Below, one piece after another: positions 19,166 to 41,127 of a stretch of DNA of 64,000 bases. The translations under genes were made by a program, and so were the position numbers. Each line of letters begins with the position of its first letter. The first letter of the stretch is position 1. A model generated the notes under the pieces. That model saw only the letters and a program-made list of their open reading frames with translations, was not told the DNA's origin and searched no databases. The stretch is from the human T2T-CHM13v2.0 reference genome, Homo sapiens, in NCBI RefSeq assembly GCF_009914755.1, contig NC_060925.1; one strand, written 5' to 3'.

Positions 19166-21995
19166 GTTTAGGAATACAAGGATGAATTAGATAGCTAAAA
19201 TCAATCATCTGATGTAAGAGATATACATATAAATTTTAAGCACGAATTTTACCTAGATATCTGTGTGATGACAAGGGGTCCATCAAGAGCTATGAGGTTT
19301 ATTATGGGCTGGAGAAGTCTTAGTGGAGGAGGTGGCACTTAAGCCAGGCATCAAAGGAGAGATAAGATCTGGATTCTGGATAAAAAAGAACAAACAGTGT
19401 GCAGGGTGTGGGTGTACATGAAGAATGTTGGTTTATTTTAATTGGAGTGGAGGAGGTGTGAAGAGGAGTAGTAGAGAAACGGGGGTAATATTTTGTTGGG
19501 GCCAGACCAACAGGCCTGAATGCAAAGACAACTTCGGACTTTAGGTGTAAGTAATAAGAAGCGATCTAACATTTTCACATGGGGTGTAATATGATCACAA
19601 TGTTCTAGGGAGATGAATCTAGCAGCTGAATAAAAAATGGATTGCGGAGGGTAAGGAGCTGGAGACAAGAAGACATGTTATAACACTATTGCTACAGATT
19701 TTGCTATTTTAAAATAAACCACTTGGCTATTTTTGTTATTATTAGTACCAAACAATAACTGAGTGATTACTGTGATTTAGGACCTAAGCTAAACACAATA
19801 TATATATAATCTTACTTAATGTTTCTCACTTTCATAAGGATTTCCCCATTATATAGATAAGGTAACGGGGTCTTAGACTGGATAAGAAAGTGGCAGTCAG
19901 TTTGGAGTCAAGCTCTGACTAACAAAGCCTTTGCTCCTTACTGCTTTGTGTGCTGGGCACATGGTCTGGATTCTTAACCTCTTGATCAAACCAGACTGTT
20001 CTCATTTATAAGGTGGGCAATAAAACCAAACAGCTCAGACCCCTACTGGGAATGGGACGGTCTAGGACAAACAGCCTCGGGAAATCTGCTCCTCCTTGGA
20101 GGCTGGAGCTAACTGTAGGGATAAAAGGAGTGTTTCTCTGGGCTTTGCCGGGTGTGGGGAGCATAGACATATGTCCTATTACAAATACACCTACATAATA
20201 GCTTCCTTAAGTCTATTTTAAGTCTATTCCTCCCAAGGAGATGGAAAGTAAGAGTGAAAACGGGCACAATCTGGGACATCTGAACAAAAAATCAGACTTC
20301 TCATGTCAGGCCTCTCCTGCCATGATGAGGTTGCAAGCAGGGGATATGAAGTGGGGAATAGAAGGGCTGTGACTCCGAAATTCCTTGTTGACTTGGCTCC
20401 TGATCAGATTGCTAACTAGGTTCAGGTGTGAGCTCCAGTTTTGTTTCAGAGACTTTTGGGCACAGGCGAGGAAGGAGAGGAAAGGCATCAAATGTATCTG
20501 TAGGCAGAGTGGGTGGCAGCACTAGAATTGGAGGGTGTGCCAACAAAGGCATTGCCATACGTGCCTGCTGGCACCAAGTGGCAGTGACAGGCCTCTAGTG
20601 GGCCTGCAACTAGACTGTGTTTGCTGATCCAGGACTCCAGCTTTTGTTGTGAAAGAAGATTCATTACAAGGAACAAGAGAAGGAAAGGACCAAAACAGTG
20701 TCCACCACTGAGCACCCAAGGACCAATAAATGAATTACACGTGAGAACCTCCTTGAATTCTTCCAGAACTGTCAGATAGAAAAAGATGGTGGACATACTC
20801 ACAGAGCAGACAGGGCAGAGCCAGAGAGACACTGTTTGATGGCCACCTCTGCTGTTCTACCTGACTCCTTCCAATGCAGGATAATCTTGAAACTATTTTG
20901 GAAAGTTTGTGATCTACAATTTAAAGATCAAGCACTGCAGAATTTCAAGATTCCAATTATTCTTTCTAAAATCCCACAAATTTAAAGAAACGTAAGTTCT
21001 TGCCACACCTCTTAGATTTTGACATTCTAATGAATATACTTTTAAAACAAATCAGGATACAGACTCCCTCTCTAGCCTTGATTTCCTCAAGGTCAATGAT
21101 TAAATCTGCAGCACTGGGCTCAGGAGGTGCTCAAGAAGTGTCTGCCAGGTTTAACAGAGTGCAACGTTTGCCCAAAGCATCAAGAATATTCACTACATGA
21201 ATTAATATAATTTTAATCCAACTTTTACTTTCACCTAGTTATAAAAAAATAACCTTATGCATCAATATGCCTATTTTCACACAGCCTTTGCCCACAGTCT
21301 GTAAGCTGTCCTAATACTAAGACCAAATGCCAATAAGCAAATGTTTTTTCCTTGAGAAAATATGGAAGAGGGAATTACACTAAAACATACTACTCAGAAG
21401 GATCTGTTCCACTGGTTTTGCTGGTAGAAGTGGCATAATTAGGCCTCTTCAAACCAAACAGTGTCCTGAGAAAAGAGTGAAAACCAGAAATCCAGGTTCT
21501 CATTGATATGGCCTCTTCTCCATTCTGCTGCCTTTCATGAGCTATTCTTTACGGAATTAAAGCTTGAGACTAACAGCACTGCTATCAAGACATGAGGGTC
21601 TCTAGACAACTGGAAACATCCCTGGTCACTTCACACACCCCACACCACAAACTCTCTTGCTTGAATCCAACCTGGTAGATAACATATTACCCAACATTGA
21701 AGTATCAGGTTGGCTTTGAATCCCTATTGAATGTCTACTATGCATTCAGTGAGGAGTTTCAAGTTATAGAGATTAAGAAGAAAGGCCCTAACGTTTGGCT
21801 TATAAGCTAGTTGAAGAAAACACAGTGCATGCAGAACAGTGGAAGACAATATTCCTTCCTCAAACACTACTGAGTGCCTACTTTGAGCTAGGCCCTGTGC
21901 TAGACAATAGGGGTGCCAAAAGTAAATTGATTCCATTTTGTTCAATTCAACTCGTTATTCATTTGGCATTTATTGATTGAATGCTCTTGTACTAG

Positions 21996-22148
21996 ACCAC
22001 TGCTTTTCAAACCTTAATGCATATGTAAATCACCTGTGGATTCTGATTCAGTAGGTCTGGGATAGAGCGTGGGAGCCTGCATTGCTAGCAAATTCATAGG
22101 GTATGCCAATGCTGCTGGCCTGTGAACCACACTTTGAGTAGTAAAGGA
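21996..22148. mobile_element. MER5-family DNA transposon
   Basis: aatcacctg...gattctgattcagtaggtctggg...accacactttgagtagt. Confidence 0.8.
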
Positions 22149-22259
22149 CTGTACAATATCCTAGTCCCTGGCTATACAGAGGCAAATAAAATAGCCATGA
22201 CCCCTGCCCTACTGAAGCTGATATGCTAACAAGGAATGTAAATATCAAACAAGGAAGTA

Positions 22260-22702
22260 GAGTCAGCGCTATATTTCCACAGGTTCCACATTCATGTATT
22301 CAACCAATCACAGATCGAAAACAGCCAGAAAACAACAACAACAACAACAAAAAAACACTGCAACAATAAAGAATAATATAAATAAAAAATATAGTATAAC
22401 AACTTATTTACATAGCATTTCCATTATATTAGGTATTATGAGTAATGTAGAAATGATTTAAAGTATACAGGTGCCCTCTGTCAATGGCATTCTGGCAAAA
22501 AAATATTTTTTAAAGGTAAAAATGTAAAATTAGATAAGAGAGTAAAGAATTTTAAAATAACATAAAAATAGAGTATGCAGGAGGATGTGCATAGGTGATA
22601 CACAAATACTATGCCATTTTATGTAATGGGCTTGAGTATCAGAAGATTTTGGTATCCGAGGGGGTCCTGGAACCAATCCCCTGAGAATATCGAGGGAGGA
22701 TC
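22260..22702. mobile_element. MER2 (TcMar-Tigger) carrying a ~97-bp insertion
   Basis: attcaaccaatcacagatcgaaaa ... ggggtcctggaaccaatcccctgagaatatcgaggga. Confidence 0.82.
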
Positions 22703-23220
22703 ATTCAATAAAGTACAATGCTAGAGGAAGTCCAAAGTTATGTTGGGAGCATTGTGTGAGGGCACCTAACTTCATCTACAGATCAAAAAAACTTTCCTGA
22801 GAAAGTGATATTTAGATTGATAAGAATTTGCAAATAGTGAAGGAAGAGCATTTCAGGCAGAGGGAACAGCATGTTTGAAGGCATGGAGGTGAGAGAAAAT
22901 TTAGATATTTAACAAATATTTACTGAGTTTTCCCATTGCCAGGCTCTGTATTGGGTGGAAGACCCTGGCACGGAGGAGACTACACCAGGGGACACAGATA
23001 TGGGAGCAAATGACTTCAAAATAATGTGGTAGGAGCTCTAACAGTGGTCAGCACCGGGCACCAGAGGAGCACTGAAGAGATTGCCTAATCCATCCCAGAA
23101 GGGATGGTATTGGAGCTGAGCCTTGACAGACGAGTGAGAATAAAGAAGGAGATGTGGCAAGGTGGGAGACCTGGTCCTTGCCTCTATGGACATAGTCTAG
23201 TGGGGAAGTTGGCAAGCTGA

Positions 23221-23540
23221 CTGTATAATACTGATTATAGTGCAGTACAATAAGTGTCTAGGAACAGTGCCTAGCACATAGTAGGCACTTATTAAATATC
23301 TGTTGAATAAATTAATGTATAAATGCTGTATAATACTGATTATAGCGCAGAACAATAAGTGTCTGGGAACAGTGTCTGGCACATAGTAGGCACTCGTTAA
23401 ATATGTGCTGAATAAATGAATGTATAAATGCTGTATGATACTGATTATCATAGAGCACAAAAACTGTCTGGGAACAGTGTCTGGCACATAGTAGGCATTC
23501 ATTAAACATGTGTTGAATGAATGAATTTATAAATGCTGTG
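23221..23540 (+). repeat. Tandem array of 3 x 105 bp, each unit containing an L2 3' end
   Basis: Units start at 23221, 23326 and 23431 (ctgtat[a/g]atactgattat...gaacagtg[c/t]ct[a/g]gcacatagtaggca...tgaat...tataaatg). Confidence 0.92.
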
Positions 23541-25050
23541 CTAGCGGTGGATACAATCAGGTAGTCCTAGAAACAATTGGGTACTAAATTAAGAGTTACC
23601 AACTCCAAGTGCCCATGGAGCTCAGAGCACAAAGAGCTCCAAAAGGGTGAAACATGAACCAGACTTGAAGGAAGGATCAACTCTGTGGGATGAAGGTCGG
23701 TAGACATTCATCCTGAGAAGGAAAAACTACCATTGACACCGCTAGAAGTAAAGGGCGAAGAAAACAGGAAATGAGCACAAAGCAGGATTTCTTAATCCAG
23801 GGTCCATGGTACTTCTGGGGCTTCTATGAAACCCCAGAGATTATAAGCAAAATCCTAGGTATGTATGAGAAAGGTTATTTTACTGGGGAAAAAGACTAGA
23901 ACTTTCGTGAAATAGTCAAAGGAATCCAATAAGCCTAAGTAGGTCAAGACTGTCTCGGGGAGAACAGTTAACCTACTTCAGATAGCCTGTGAATCACTTC
24001 ATTCGTGACAAATAATTATGCCAATGGACTCCCAACACAAAAAACCTTGGGACTGAGTGAGCAGCAGTGGTTTCAGCCCTGCCTTTAAGTGGCATTTTTA
24101 GCATTTCCTTGCTGCTGCCTATCAATCCAGACCTATCCACGTTGTCAGGGTATCCTTAGCAGCTGATGGAGATGCCTCTTTCCAAAGGCAATTTACATGC
24201 ACCAAAGTCCTTCCTCCTAATGATTTTCCAGTAGGGACAATTCCCTCTTGTTAGAATGTCCATTGTTTACATTTATCTGATCTTTTCTCACAATTTCCAT
24301 TGAGCAGCAGTTGCTACAACCACCTGAGCATCAAATGGGCAATTAATTGGAACAGATTTAATAAATGTACTAGAGAAGGGAGCTGTATGTTTATGGACTA
24401 CAGTCCTTTCATGGTCATGCATAATGGACCAGACACTTTTCCACCCAGCTGCTTATGCTACCACAGTGAACACAAAATTTACATACCTGGAAGAAAACAG
24501 CTTCTGAAACATTATTAATGAATGTAGCGAATTTGTCTGTTAGGATAAGCTATGGTATCTCCACGGCTTAACTTTGCACCATCCTATTCTTGGTTAAAAA
24601 TATCTACAGTGTCTCCCCTTACTGTCTTCTTTCTAAAATATAATTTTATATTTTAATTGAAGTGGCCCTTTTTCAACCAAGAATCAGGGCGTTGTGAAAG
24701 AGCAATGTGCATTCCCCCTGTTTGAAAGCACAGGGAATGTTTAAAGTTTTTAGAATACAAAATAACTTTAGAGCGGAAACCTTAGCAACTAAACTATACT
24801 AGTAGGAGTGTAATGTTCAAAGAGGGGGACAATGGTCCCAATCCCCTCAGGGTTAGACACACCACATAAGAAATATTTGTATCCAGTACTTGATGCCACA
24901 TCCTTCAAGGGATAACCATAGGCCCATGAGGCTGGTAGGTGCTCTCAAAGTGAAGGCAAATGGCAATGGCTAACATTCCATGGAGTTCTTGTTAAGTGCC
25001 AAGCACTGTCCATTTAATCTTCACAACTACCCCATAAATAAACAATTAGG

Positions 25051-25447
<397 letters not shown>

Positions 25448-25819
25448 TATTATTATTATCCCCATTTTACAAATAAAGAAACTCAGGGTCATGCACATAG
25501 TAAGTGAAGGAACTCAGAGTGCCACTCAGTTCTGTCTGATTTCCATGGACCCTCAGTGTAAGCAGTTGGTATATTTTTAATTAATCTTGCTAGAGATAAT
25601 TGGTAATTATGACACTGAAATCATTGCAACTGTGTTGTGTGTGCATTAGTCTTGTCTCACCAATCAGAATAAACACACTGTGAAGGCAGTGACCACATTA
25701 ATTACACACGTTTACTTTCCAGGCTAAGCACAGAGCTGGACTTAAGCAGGTCTTTCTTACATCTTTTGCTGAATAAAATAACCCATTTTGAAATGCTTCA
25801 AAAACCAATTTACCCATGA

Positions 25820-26540
25820 GATTATTGAAGGTGTTGGGGGAAAGGACACTCTGGGGATATGAATCGTTAGGGACATTTTAGAGGACACTTTGTTCATAAT
25901 TATCAAAATGTAAAATGTGTAAACCCCTTGACCCACAGTTATGTGTCTAGGAGTCTACTCAAACTATTCTATAGAAATGCTGATACATATATGCAAAAAT
26001 AGATAGAACAATGTATAAAGACACATACATATATATGCAAAGGTATATAATATATATACACCTAAATACGTATATAAATATTCATATATTTCTTTTTTGT
26101 TACAGTTCTGTTTATTTTAGCAAAATAAAGAAGAAACAACTTAATTGCCCATCAGCAGGGGAATTGTTAAAAAATTAGGCTACAACCACACCTTACAATA
26201 CAATATAGCCACTAAAATACTGGAGTAGATGTATTAGGTTAACCATATGAAACTGCCAATGTTTTACTGCTATTGACATAAATAACAATTTCATATGCTT
26301 CAACGTAATATATGTACAGATGTGAAAAGATTTATAAGAATATTGGTAGTTGAAAAAAGCAAGTTGCAGAACGGTACCTACAGTATGGCATATTTATGTT
26401 TAAGACATAAGACAAACCTATAGAGAATAAACAAGAAAGGTACTCACCAAAAAATTAAGATGGTTATTTCTGGGCATGGCAGTTTTCATATTTTACTCTA
26501 TAAAGTTCTACATCGTTTTACTCCTTCGTGATGAAAATTT
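25820..26540 (+). mobile_element. Old L1ME-type 3' fragment
   Basis: Decayed L1 3' text (ccccttgacccacag..., aagcaagttgcagaac...). Confidence 0.6.
26234..26308. mobile_element. MADE2 mariner MITE
   Basis: ttaggttaaccatatgaaactg...caatttcatatgcttcaacgtaa, flanked by TA. Confidence 0.8.
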
Positions 26541-26554
26541 TTTATAATTCCTTG

Positions 26555-26846
<292 letters not shown>

Positions 26847-27544
26847 TGATACTTTTTAAAAAAAATTTGTTTAATACAACTGATTCCAAAGTATTTACAT
26901 ATTTTGTAAACATTATTTTTCTGATCTACAAGCTCCAAACTCTCAGGAACTCACCATGTTTCTTCACTGGGCCAGACAAGGAGAGTAATAAAGAATTAAC
27001 CTTAATTATTCAAAGAAATCCAGATGGTGAGAAAAGAGTAAAAAGCAGAACTTCAACTTGGATTATCTCAAGACGATTGCCTGAAAATTTCCTGCTTATT
27101 TTTCCTGTTTAAACCTGGCTTTTCAGATGAATGTGAGGTGATCTGCTTTTCTGTGATTCAGAACTTCATAGAATTTGGCAGGCCAAGAATTACAAAGAAA
27201 GGAAGAAAATGAAAGGAGGAAAGTGAGGTAGTGAAAGAAGATGGGCAGAACTTGAGAAAGCTTTATAAAGTAACAGAACACACCCCACACCTTTTGGGAA
27301 CAAAGGAACAAAGCTGATGGAACACAACAGATGTTCTCCTTCCCAAACCATAAAAGCATAACACTCTACAACTCCTCCTCACTCCAAGGAGTGGCCAATG
27401 CTCCTTACTGGAATATCTGTACAACAAAGGTTTTTGTTGTTATTATTGTTTCCTTAGAACATGGATAAAAAGGAAAAAACACCATTACCAGAAACTGTCA
27501 AGTGTGGTTTAACTGTATTATCATTTTATCTTGATTCTTGTTTC

Positions 27545-28400
<856 letters not shown>

Positions 28401-28545
28401 CTTACTTTTGAAGTGAAATTCAAACCTAGCCGTTTTGGTGAGGCATGGAGATGAGAGATAAAACTAGCATTTTTAAGGCACCTACTAAGAGCTGGGTGCA
28501 GAAGATGAAAGACGAGGAAAGAGGGGAGCATTCTTTCCATCTCTA

Positions 28546-28875
<330 letters not shown>

Positions 28876-29023
28876 TTTCTAAAAATTGAGCAAGGAGCTG
28901 GAGTCTCCGGAAATGACTAAGGCCCGAAATATTAAATATTTCTGCTCATAGTTGAAGACAAAACCTTATCCAGCCTTGGCGGCTCCTTTCCCCCTCCCCC
29001 TTTATCAGGGACTTAGTTCATGA

Positions 29024-30425
<1,402 letters not shown>

Positions 30426-31145
30426 GGGAGAGGGTTACTTAACCTTTTCAGTTAAGGCAACATTGCTACCTTTCAAGGAGTGAGTGATTGAAGTCAAGAA
30501 AGAAGCCCTGCTTGGGATTAGAGAAACTGAAAAGAAATACGATGACTCATTAAAACAGTTTGAAAACTATAGAAAGGTCAACAATTTAATGCAAATATTA
30601 ATTAAATGCCTAGAAAAAGAAAAGGGAGGCAAAAGTGAGTGAAGAAGAACATCTATTGCCCTTCATATGTGTCAACCACTGAGCTACGAGCTTTACCTAT
30701 ATGAATTGAATTGATTTTCATAACCCTATAAGGCAAGTACTATTTTTATCCCCATTTTACATATGAAGAAATCGTGCCACAGAGAAGTTTAATAACCTGC
30801 CCAAGGTAACACACAGTAGAGCAGTCAGGATTCCAATTCACTAACTACTGCTTTATCCTCTTCCTTGGCACTACATACCAGTGACTGCTGGGGCAACAAA
30901 AATGTAGAAAACATGGTCCCAGTCTTTGGAGGACTCATGGGGAAACACCATACAATATTCTGACTTTGGGAAAGTGACCTAATATTTCTAATTAAAATGG
31001 AAATTAATAACCCCTTTAATGTCCTCCTTACAAGGTTCATTTATTTATCCCATAAGTTCTTACTGAATATCTATTATGTGCCAGGCACAGTGCTGAAAGT
31101 TCCTCATGGAGCATATTTTCTAGAAAGAAGACAAGGCAATATTCA

Positions 31146-31800
<655 letters not shown>

Positions 31801-32288
31801 AGATATATAAGTAAATGGGGGGAGAAAGAATGGGGGCAGAAAGAGAAGGAGGAAAGGAGAAAGGGAAAGAAGGAAGAAGTTATTTTTGGACAGTAACACG
31901 TGCTATGAGAAAAAGGAAACTGAGTGATGGGACGAAGGGCGATTTTAAGTTCAGAGGTGGTTGTTACTTTGCCTAAAAGCAGCCAGAGATGTTCTCTATA
32001 AAGTGATGACTTCAAACTGATAACTGAACCATGAAAAGTAGCCAGCCATGTGCAGGTCTAGGGACAGTGAATTCCAGTTGGACAGAAAAGTAAGTGCAAA
32101 AATTGTGAGTCAGACAGGTCATCTTATATTTGTGGAAAAGAAGGCACCCAGCATGGCCAAAACATGATGACCGAGGGGGAGAGTAGGAGATAAAATCACA
32201 GAGGCAAGCAGGGACCAGATCATGAAGGAACTGGAATTAGATTTTTTTTGTAATCCCAATGAGAAGCTGTGAGGAAGGTTTTGAATAA

Positions 32289-32610
<322 letters not shown>

Positions 32611-32720
32611 AAAGTGATGATCTTATTTTCATATTTTATACATTTCCCTGGCTGCTCTGTAGAGAATGGATTTGGTGGGACTAGAGGGAAAGTGGGGAGA
32701 GCAGTAAGGAGGTGGTTGCA

Positions 32721-33057
<337 letters not shown>

Positions 33058-35515
33058 TTAGGCTAGATAAGATGGTGGTGGCTTGGTTAATGGTAGTGAC
33101 TATGAAGTGGAAACTAGTTATTGGAGTCAGGATTTATTCTGGAGGTGTAGCCCATACGACTTGCTAATGAATTGAGGAATTGAGAGGAATCAAGGGTAAC
33201 TTTCAGAATTTCAGTTTGGGCAGCTGTTTGAATGGTGGACTCCTTAGATGACAATGGAAGGAGCATATTTGTGCTTAATTTTAGAATGAAAAAGCATTTG
33301 CAAATTATAAAATGCTCTCCAAAAGTATACTGACACTGAAGAAGTAGGCCACCATGAGTCTTATAGCTGCAAGGAACTGAATTTTGTCAACAATCTGAAT
33401 AATCTTAAAAGTCGTCTTTCCCAGTCAAGCTTCCAGATGAGAATACAGCCCTGGCTACCTGATTGCAGTTTTGTGAAATCCTGAGCAGGGGTATCAAGTA
33501 ATTTTGATGCAAATCTAAAAGGCAGGGACCAATTCAGTCCCAGCTGGCCCCAGTCGTATCTGGCTCCCCATTCTTGGTGGGCCATGAGCAGATTTTCCTT
33601 TAGGGAAAGGGAATTTGATGACTATGTGGCCCTCTCAGGAAAGGCTATTTGATGACAATAATCTTTGTCATTCTCTCTTGTTGACCCACCAAACCAGTCA
33701 CAAATGCTGGGTTACTCTGTTCTTTTCTCAATCACCACATTTGATTTCGCTGAACTTGTAAAAATCTATTCAACCCAGGAAAATCTGCATCTACAAGGCT
33801 GGCATCTCTTCTCCTAGATAAGAAACAGTTCCCCCAAAACTGAGACCACAACTCCCACCTGCTTCTTGAAATCTTTCCAGACCACAGGACCCCAAGGCTG
33901 GGTGGGACCATGATGGTCACACAGTTAATTCTCCTGGCAGATGTCTGAATCCTCCACAGCCTATCTGCCATGGCCTCTTGCTTAAAACTTCCAAAAAGGA
34001 ATTGTGGAGACAGATAAACCTAATTCTAAATTCTGACTCCATTTCCTGCTACCTGTGGATCATGTACAAGTTCCCTAACATCCTTGGGCCTTAGTTTTTT
34101 CATCTGTAAATGGGGGATAGTAATACCCTTACAGAGTTGTTTTGATCGATCTAAGTGAAGCACTAACTCTTGCTTCTCCCTGTCTCCCTCTAGTGATGAA
34201 AAACTCTAGCCCAGTTTTCTCTGATTTCTTTTACCTGTTAGTCTCGTTAACAACCATTTTTGACACCTAATAATATGCTATGTTTCATTGTTCTTCAATT
34301 GCTTTGTAAGCATGGGTCATGACCTCCCAAGAAGGCTGAAGATAAGCAGCCATATTTTATATTTCTTGGGGTCTCCCAAAGGATTTAGGTCAATCCAGGG
34401 CATGCAGCAAGCATACAGTGAAACAGTAAAACCTGCCAAATTAAATTAACAATCCATCATTATGAGAATAACTTAAAACTGGCTCTCCCAAATGAACTGT
34501 CATTTAATTGAAGTTTGTCATAAAAGGACTGCCTTTCTACCATATCCATTTTCAAGTTAAAAAATACTGAGTGCAAAGTCCTTTGCTTTTAAAAAGAAAT
34601 ATTTTCATGCACCTCACGTTTGCATTTGAAACAACCTCCTAACCAAACAAAAAAAAAAGAGAGAGAAAAGAAACTAAAAATGAAGCATCCTAAATTGCAC
34701 AATTCCGGTGTTGTTTCCTATCCCTGAGACCAAGACATGCTGAACCTCAGGTTTGCCCCTTTCTTTTCTCATTTGCCTACCCATTTGTGTATCCAAGAGT
34801 TAAGATTTTAAAAGATTGATTTTTTTTTAAAGAAATGAATCCCAAATCTACATACGAACTGTAAGGTTCTCATTTCAAGTAGATACAGGTTACAGTATGT
34901 TTGACCATAAAAGCAGAAAGGCTAGGGTAAAGTGCTGTGAGGAATCTATTGGAAGAAATGGGATCAGATAGATGTGGCGCACTTCTCTTAAGTGCATATC
35001 ACTTAACTGCATAATCAGCTTGTGCTCCTAAGAATTATGCAGTCTCTGTCTGGCCCCCATTAGATTGAATGTGTTGCTACTCCAGTTAATTGCATATCAG
35101 CAAATTGCATAATTCAACTATACGCACCCTGAACTGAGTTCCAAATGCCATCCAGGACAATGTAATCAAACTAGGGCAGTGAAGAGCTGGAATACTTATG
35201 AGATTCTGCCCATTTGTCACATTTGGTTTGGATGGTCTGTGCTGTGAAGAAGGCAAACCACTGGGCATAGACCTTGTGCCCTGGATTCCTGTATAACCTC
35301 TCCCCAACACCACAACCACTGCATGCAGTCCCCATCCCAGAACTAATTAAAATGAGTCCAAAAGAAAACAGGATGTCATCATACGGAAGTGTGATTAAAA
35401 AGTAAAAACTCTGACTCCTAACCATGGTGCTCTCCTTCCCAGGACTGACATTACTGATAAGGCAGACCAGAAAAAGCAGCAGCTATTTGGTTCTACCAAG
35501 AACTAGCTGAGCAAG

Positions 35516-36171
<656 letters not shown>

Positions 36172-37132
36172 GCAAGTCTTTTCGTCTCTCTAGGCCTTGG
36201 TTTTGTCTACCACATTAAGCTGTTATGAGGGTTAAATGCAACACTGCTTGATAACCTACAAATTAATGTAGAAACCTATTACGAGATGCAGCAGAGTGAG
36301 GATAATGTGCATTGTATCAAGGAATATAAAGAGTCCACCAAGCTGATAGAAACACTTCAGAAAAGATCTGGGCCACAGAAAGTGGTAAAATAGAAATGAA
36401 ATGGAAGAAATGGTACTGACCCTGCGGCAAACTCTTCAAAGATTAGATATTGTCCTTGGTTTTGTTTCGGTTCTCACTCTGTAAAGATTCAGTGCTCTTT
36501 CTCATACACACATGCACACGTGTCCTTCAGTGGGATCCTCATTATGTTGCTTATTTAGCAGAAATGGCAGCACATACACATTATCCAGCAATAAGCTTAG
36601 GGGCTAGTTTTGAAGAAAAAAAGTACCCACCATACAATGCTCAAAACTATCCAAATATCCCAAGGAAGAGTTTGACATGCAGGTGCCTGCATCTTGGAAT
36701 ATGGAGGAAATGCTCAAATGCCAATTTGCGCTATTGGAATGCAGCCGAAAGACTTCAGTTTCCCACTGCTCTTTGCAGATTTCCTCTACAGGTGCTTTAT
36801 TCTCAACTTGTGTCTATTAACACTAAGAGTCATATTTTTTAGACACCTTTCCTGCGTATATATTATTCTTCCTGAATCACCTGGAGGAGTATCTAAGTCA
36901 CTAGCTGCCAAATTACAGAGTAGTTGACTGCTCATTTATTGGCTGCAGAACGGTGAAGAAGAGATGATTCCTAGTTCAGCCTCTAACCATATAATCCTGG
37001 GAAAGTTACTTAATCTCATTAAGTCTGGCTTTCCTTTTCCCACAAAATGGGGTCAATAATATAATCTACCTTCTAGGGCTTTTGCGAGGTTTCAGTGAGA
37101 TCTCATATGCATAACATGAGGCACAATGCTGA

Positions 37133-37916
<784 letters not shown>

Positions 37917-38578
37917 AAATTTGCGATTTTAAGTCATTTAATCTGCATGTTGTTTTGGCTCACTTAAGTGCCTAATAAAGGGCTTTTATTTGGAAGGACA
38001 GCATCATGGAATAAAGCAAAATGTGGGCACAAATCATTCTAGAAAACTGGCAGGAAAAGAAGTGACTCAGTATTTCTGCTCTAATCAATATTATCAGGTG
38101 CAGCCGTATTTCACCATTGAAAGGACAATGATCGTGTGCCTGCAAGGAGCGAGAAGGAGCTTAAATTGAGTTTAATTAAGTGCTGGTTGACTTGAACTAA
38201 GGACAGAAATTCAACTGACCAATTGTTCCAAATGGAAGAGTCTATTATTTCTCAACAGGTGGATCAAAAACTGAACAAGAATGTTAGTCTAACATTCAAA
38301 ATCTTCCAAAATCTGGCTCTTTTATGCATCACAATGCCCCTAGAACCCAGTACAGCGCCCCATAGATAATGTGTTCAGTGAATAATTGTTGAATAAGTGA
38401 ATTAAGTAATGTCTCCAACCTTTGCTTCCAATCTTATCTTCCACTATGTCCCAGCATGAGACCTCCACTCATGGTTTCCTAAATACTAACTTATTCATTC
38501 CTACCTGCAAGCCTTTGCTCACAAGACTTCCCCACATGCTATGTTCACTCCTTCTTCCTTTATGCAAATTTGTCTCAC

Positions 38579-39639
<1,061 letters not shown>

Positions 39640-40196
39640 CGAGGCTCAGTTCATGTAACTGCTATTCCTTGATCCCTTCTCTGACTATTCTAGAGCAATT
39701 TCTCTATGCTTCTTTGGTACAATGTGTTTGTGGCCCTCCACTGGCATTAGTCATATATTAGCTTGTACTGCATTTACATCGACATAGGCCTTCATGGTTC
39801 TAAGTGTATGGTTGGTATTTAGGAAGAGTTTAATGAATAAATGAAAATTTACACAGCCTATGTGTCACCATTCTCACACATAGCAAACATTATTTATTGA
39901 TCCCACCTCTTATTCCCATGACGCTTGAGCTAAGCCTTACAATCCTTTTCAACACAGTGCTACAGATAGGCAGTTGGAAGTGGCATGGATGAGGAAACCA
40001 GTTTTTCATGCAGTTTCCGTAAGTCTGAGTATGAATTATACTTTTTAGGCAAATTAAATAGCGTCAAAGGTCATAGTGCATGTACAGATTGAAGCTCAGA
40101 TGCTACTTCCCTTCCCTACTTCCCACTCTACTGCCCCTATTTTTCACATAGTAGATCCCCAATAAGTATTTGTTGAATGAGAGAATGTTAGTGTAA

Positions 40197-40566
<370 letters not shown>

Positions 40567-41127
40567 CCCAGTCCCACCTTTTAAAATAATGAATAAGCAA
40601 AAGGCCAGATAGAGTGAGCCTCTTGCATTTTAAGAAGCCCATTCCAGCCATAACAGTCCTTTCTGAGCTAAAGAAGGCAAAGTACAAACACATCCAGGCC
40701 CCAACTAACAACAACCAAAATGTCACATGTTGTCAGGTACTTGGAAAGAGGGAAAACCTTTCTAGCTTTTTTCCTTCTGGTGTTATTAGCCCACTGCTTG
40801 GCAATGACATAGAAGGAAGACTGTGAAGAAGAAAAGAAGTTGGAGGGAAAGTTTGGGTTCAAAGGAGCCAGGTAGAATTAGGTAGAAAATACAGGGTCTA
40901 GAGAAGGATATTTTTTGTTCATTTCTGAAAAAGGGACCCAAATAAGCACGATTGATTTGACACTTGGAAATACTATTTTTGGTTTTCTCTCTTTTCCTTA
41001 ATTTTGCCCTATCAACCAAGACCCATATCTCTAAGAATTCTGTCAGGTACTTCCCATTCCTGTGTTCATTCTCTTATTTCCTATTCCTGTGAATAAAATC
41101 AGATGATGCCTCTGATAATCCTGGAAA

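Noticed and set aside
23221-23540. Regularly spaced repeats superficially like a CRISPR array
   Set aside because: No unique spacers, eukaryotic context, and the units are L2-derived.
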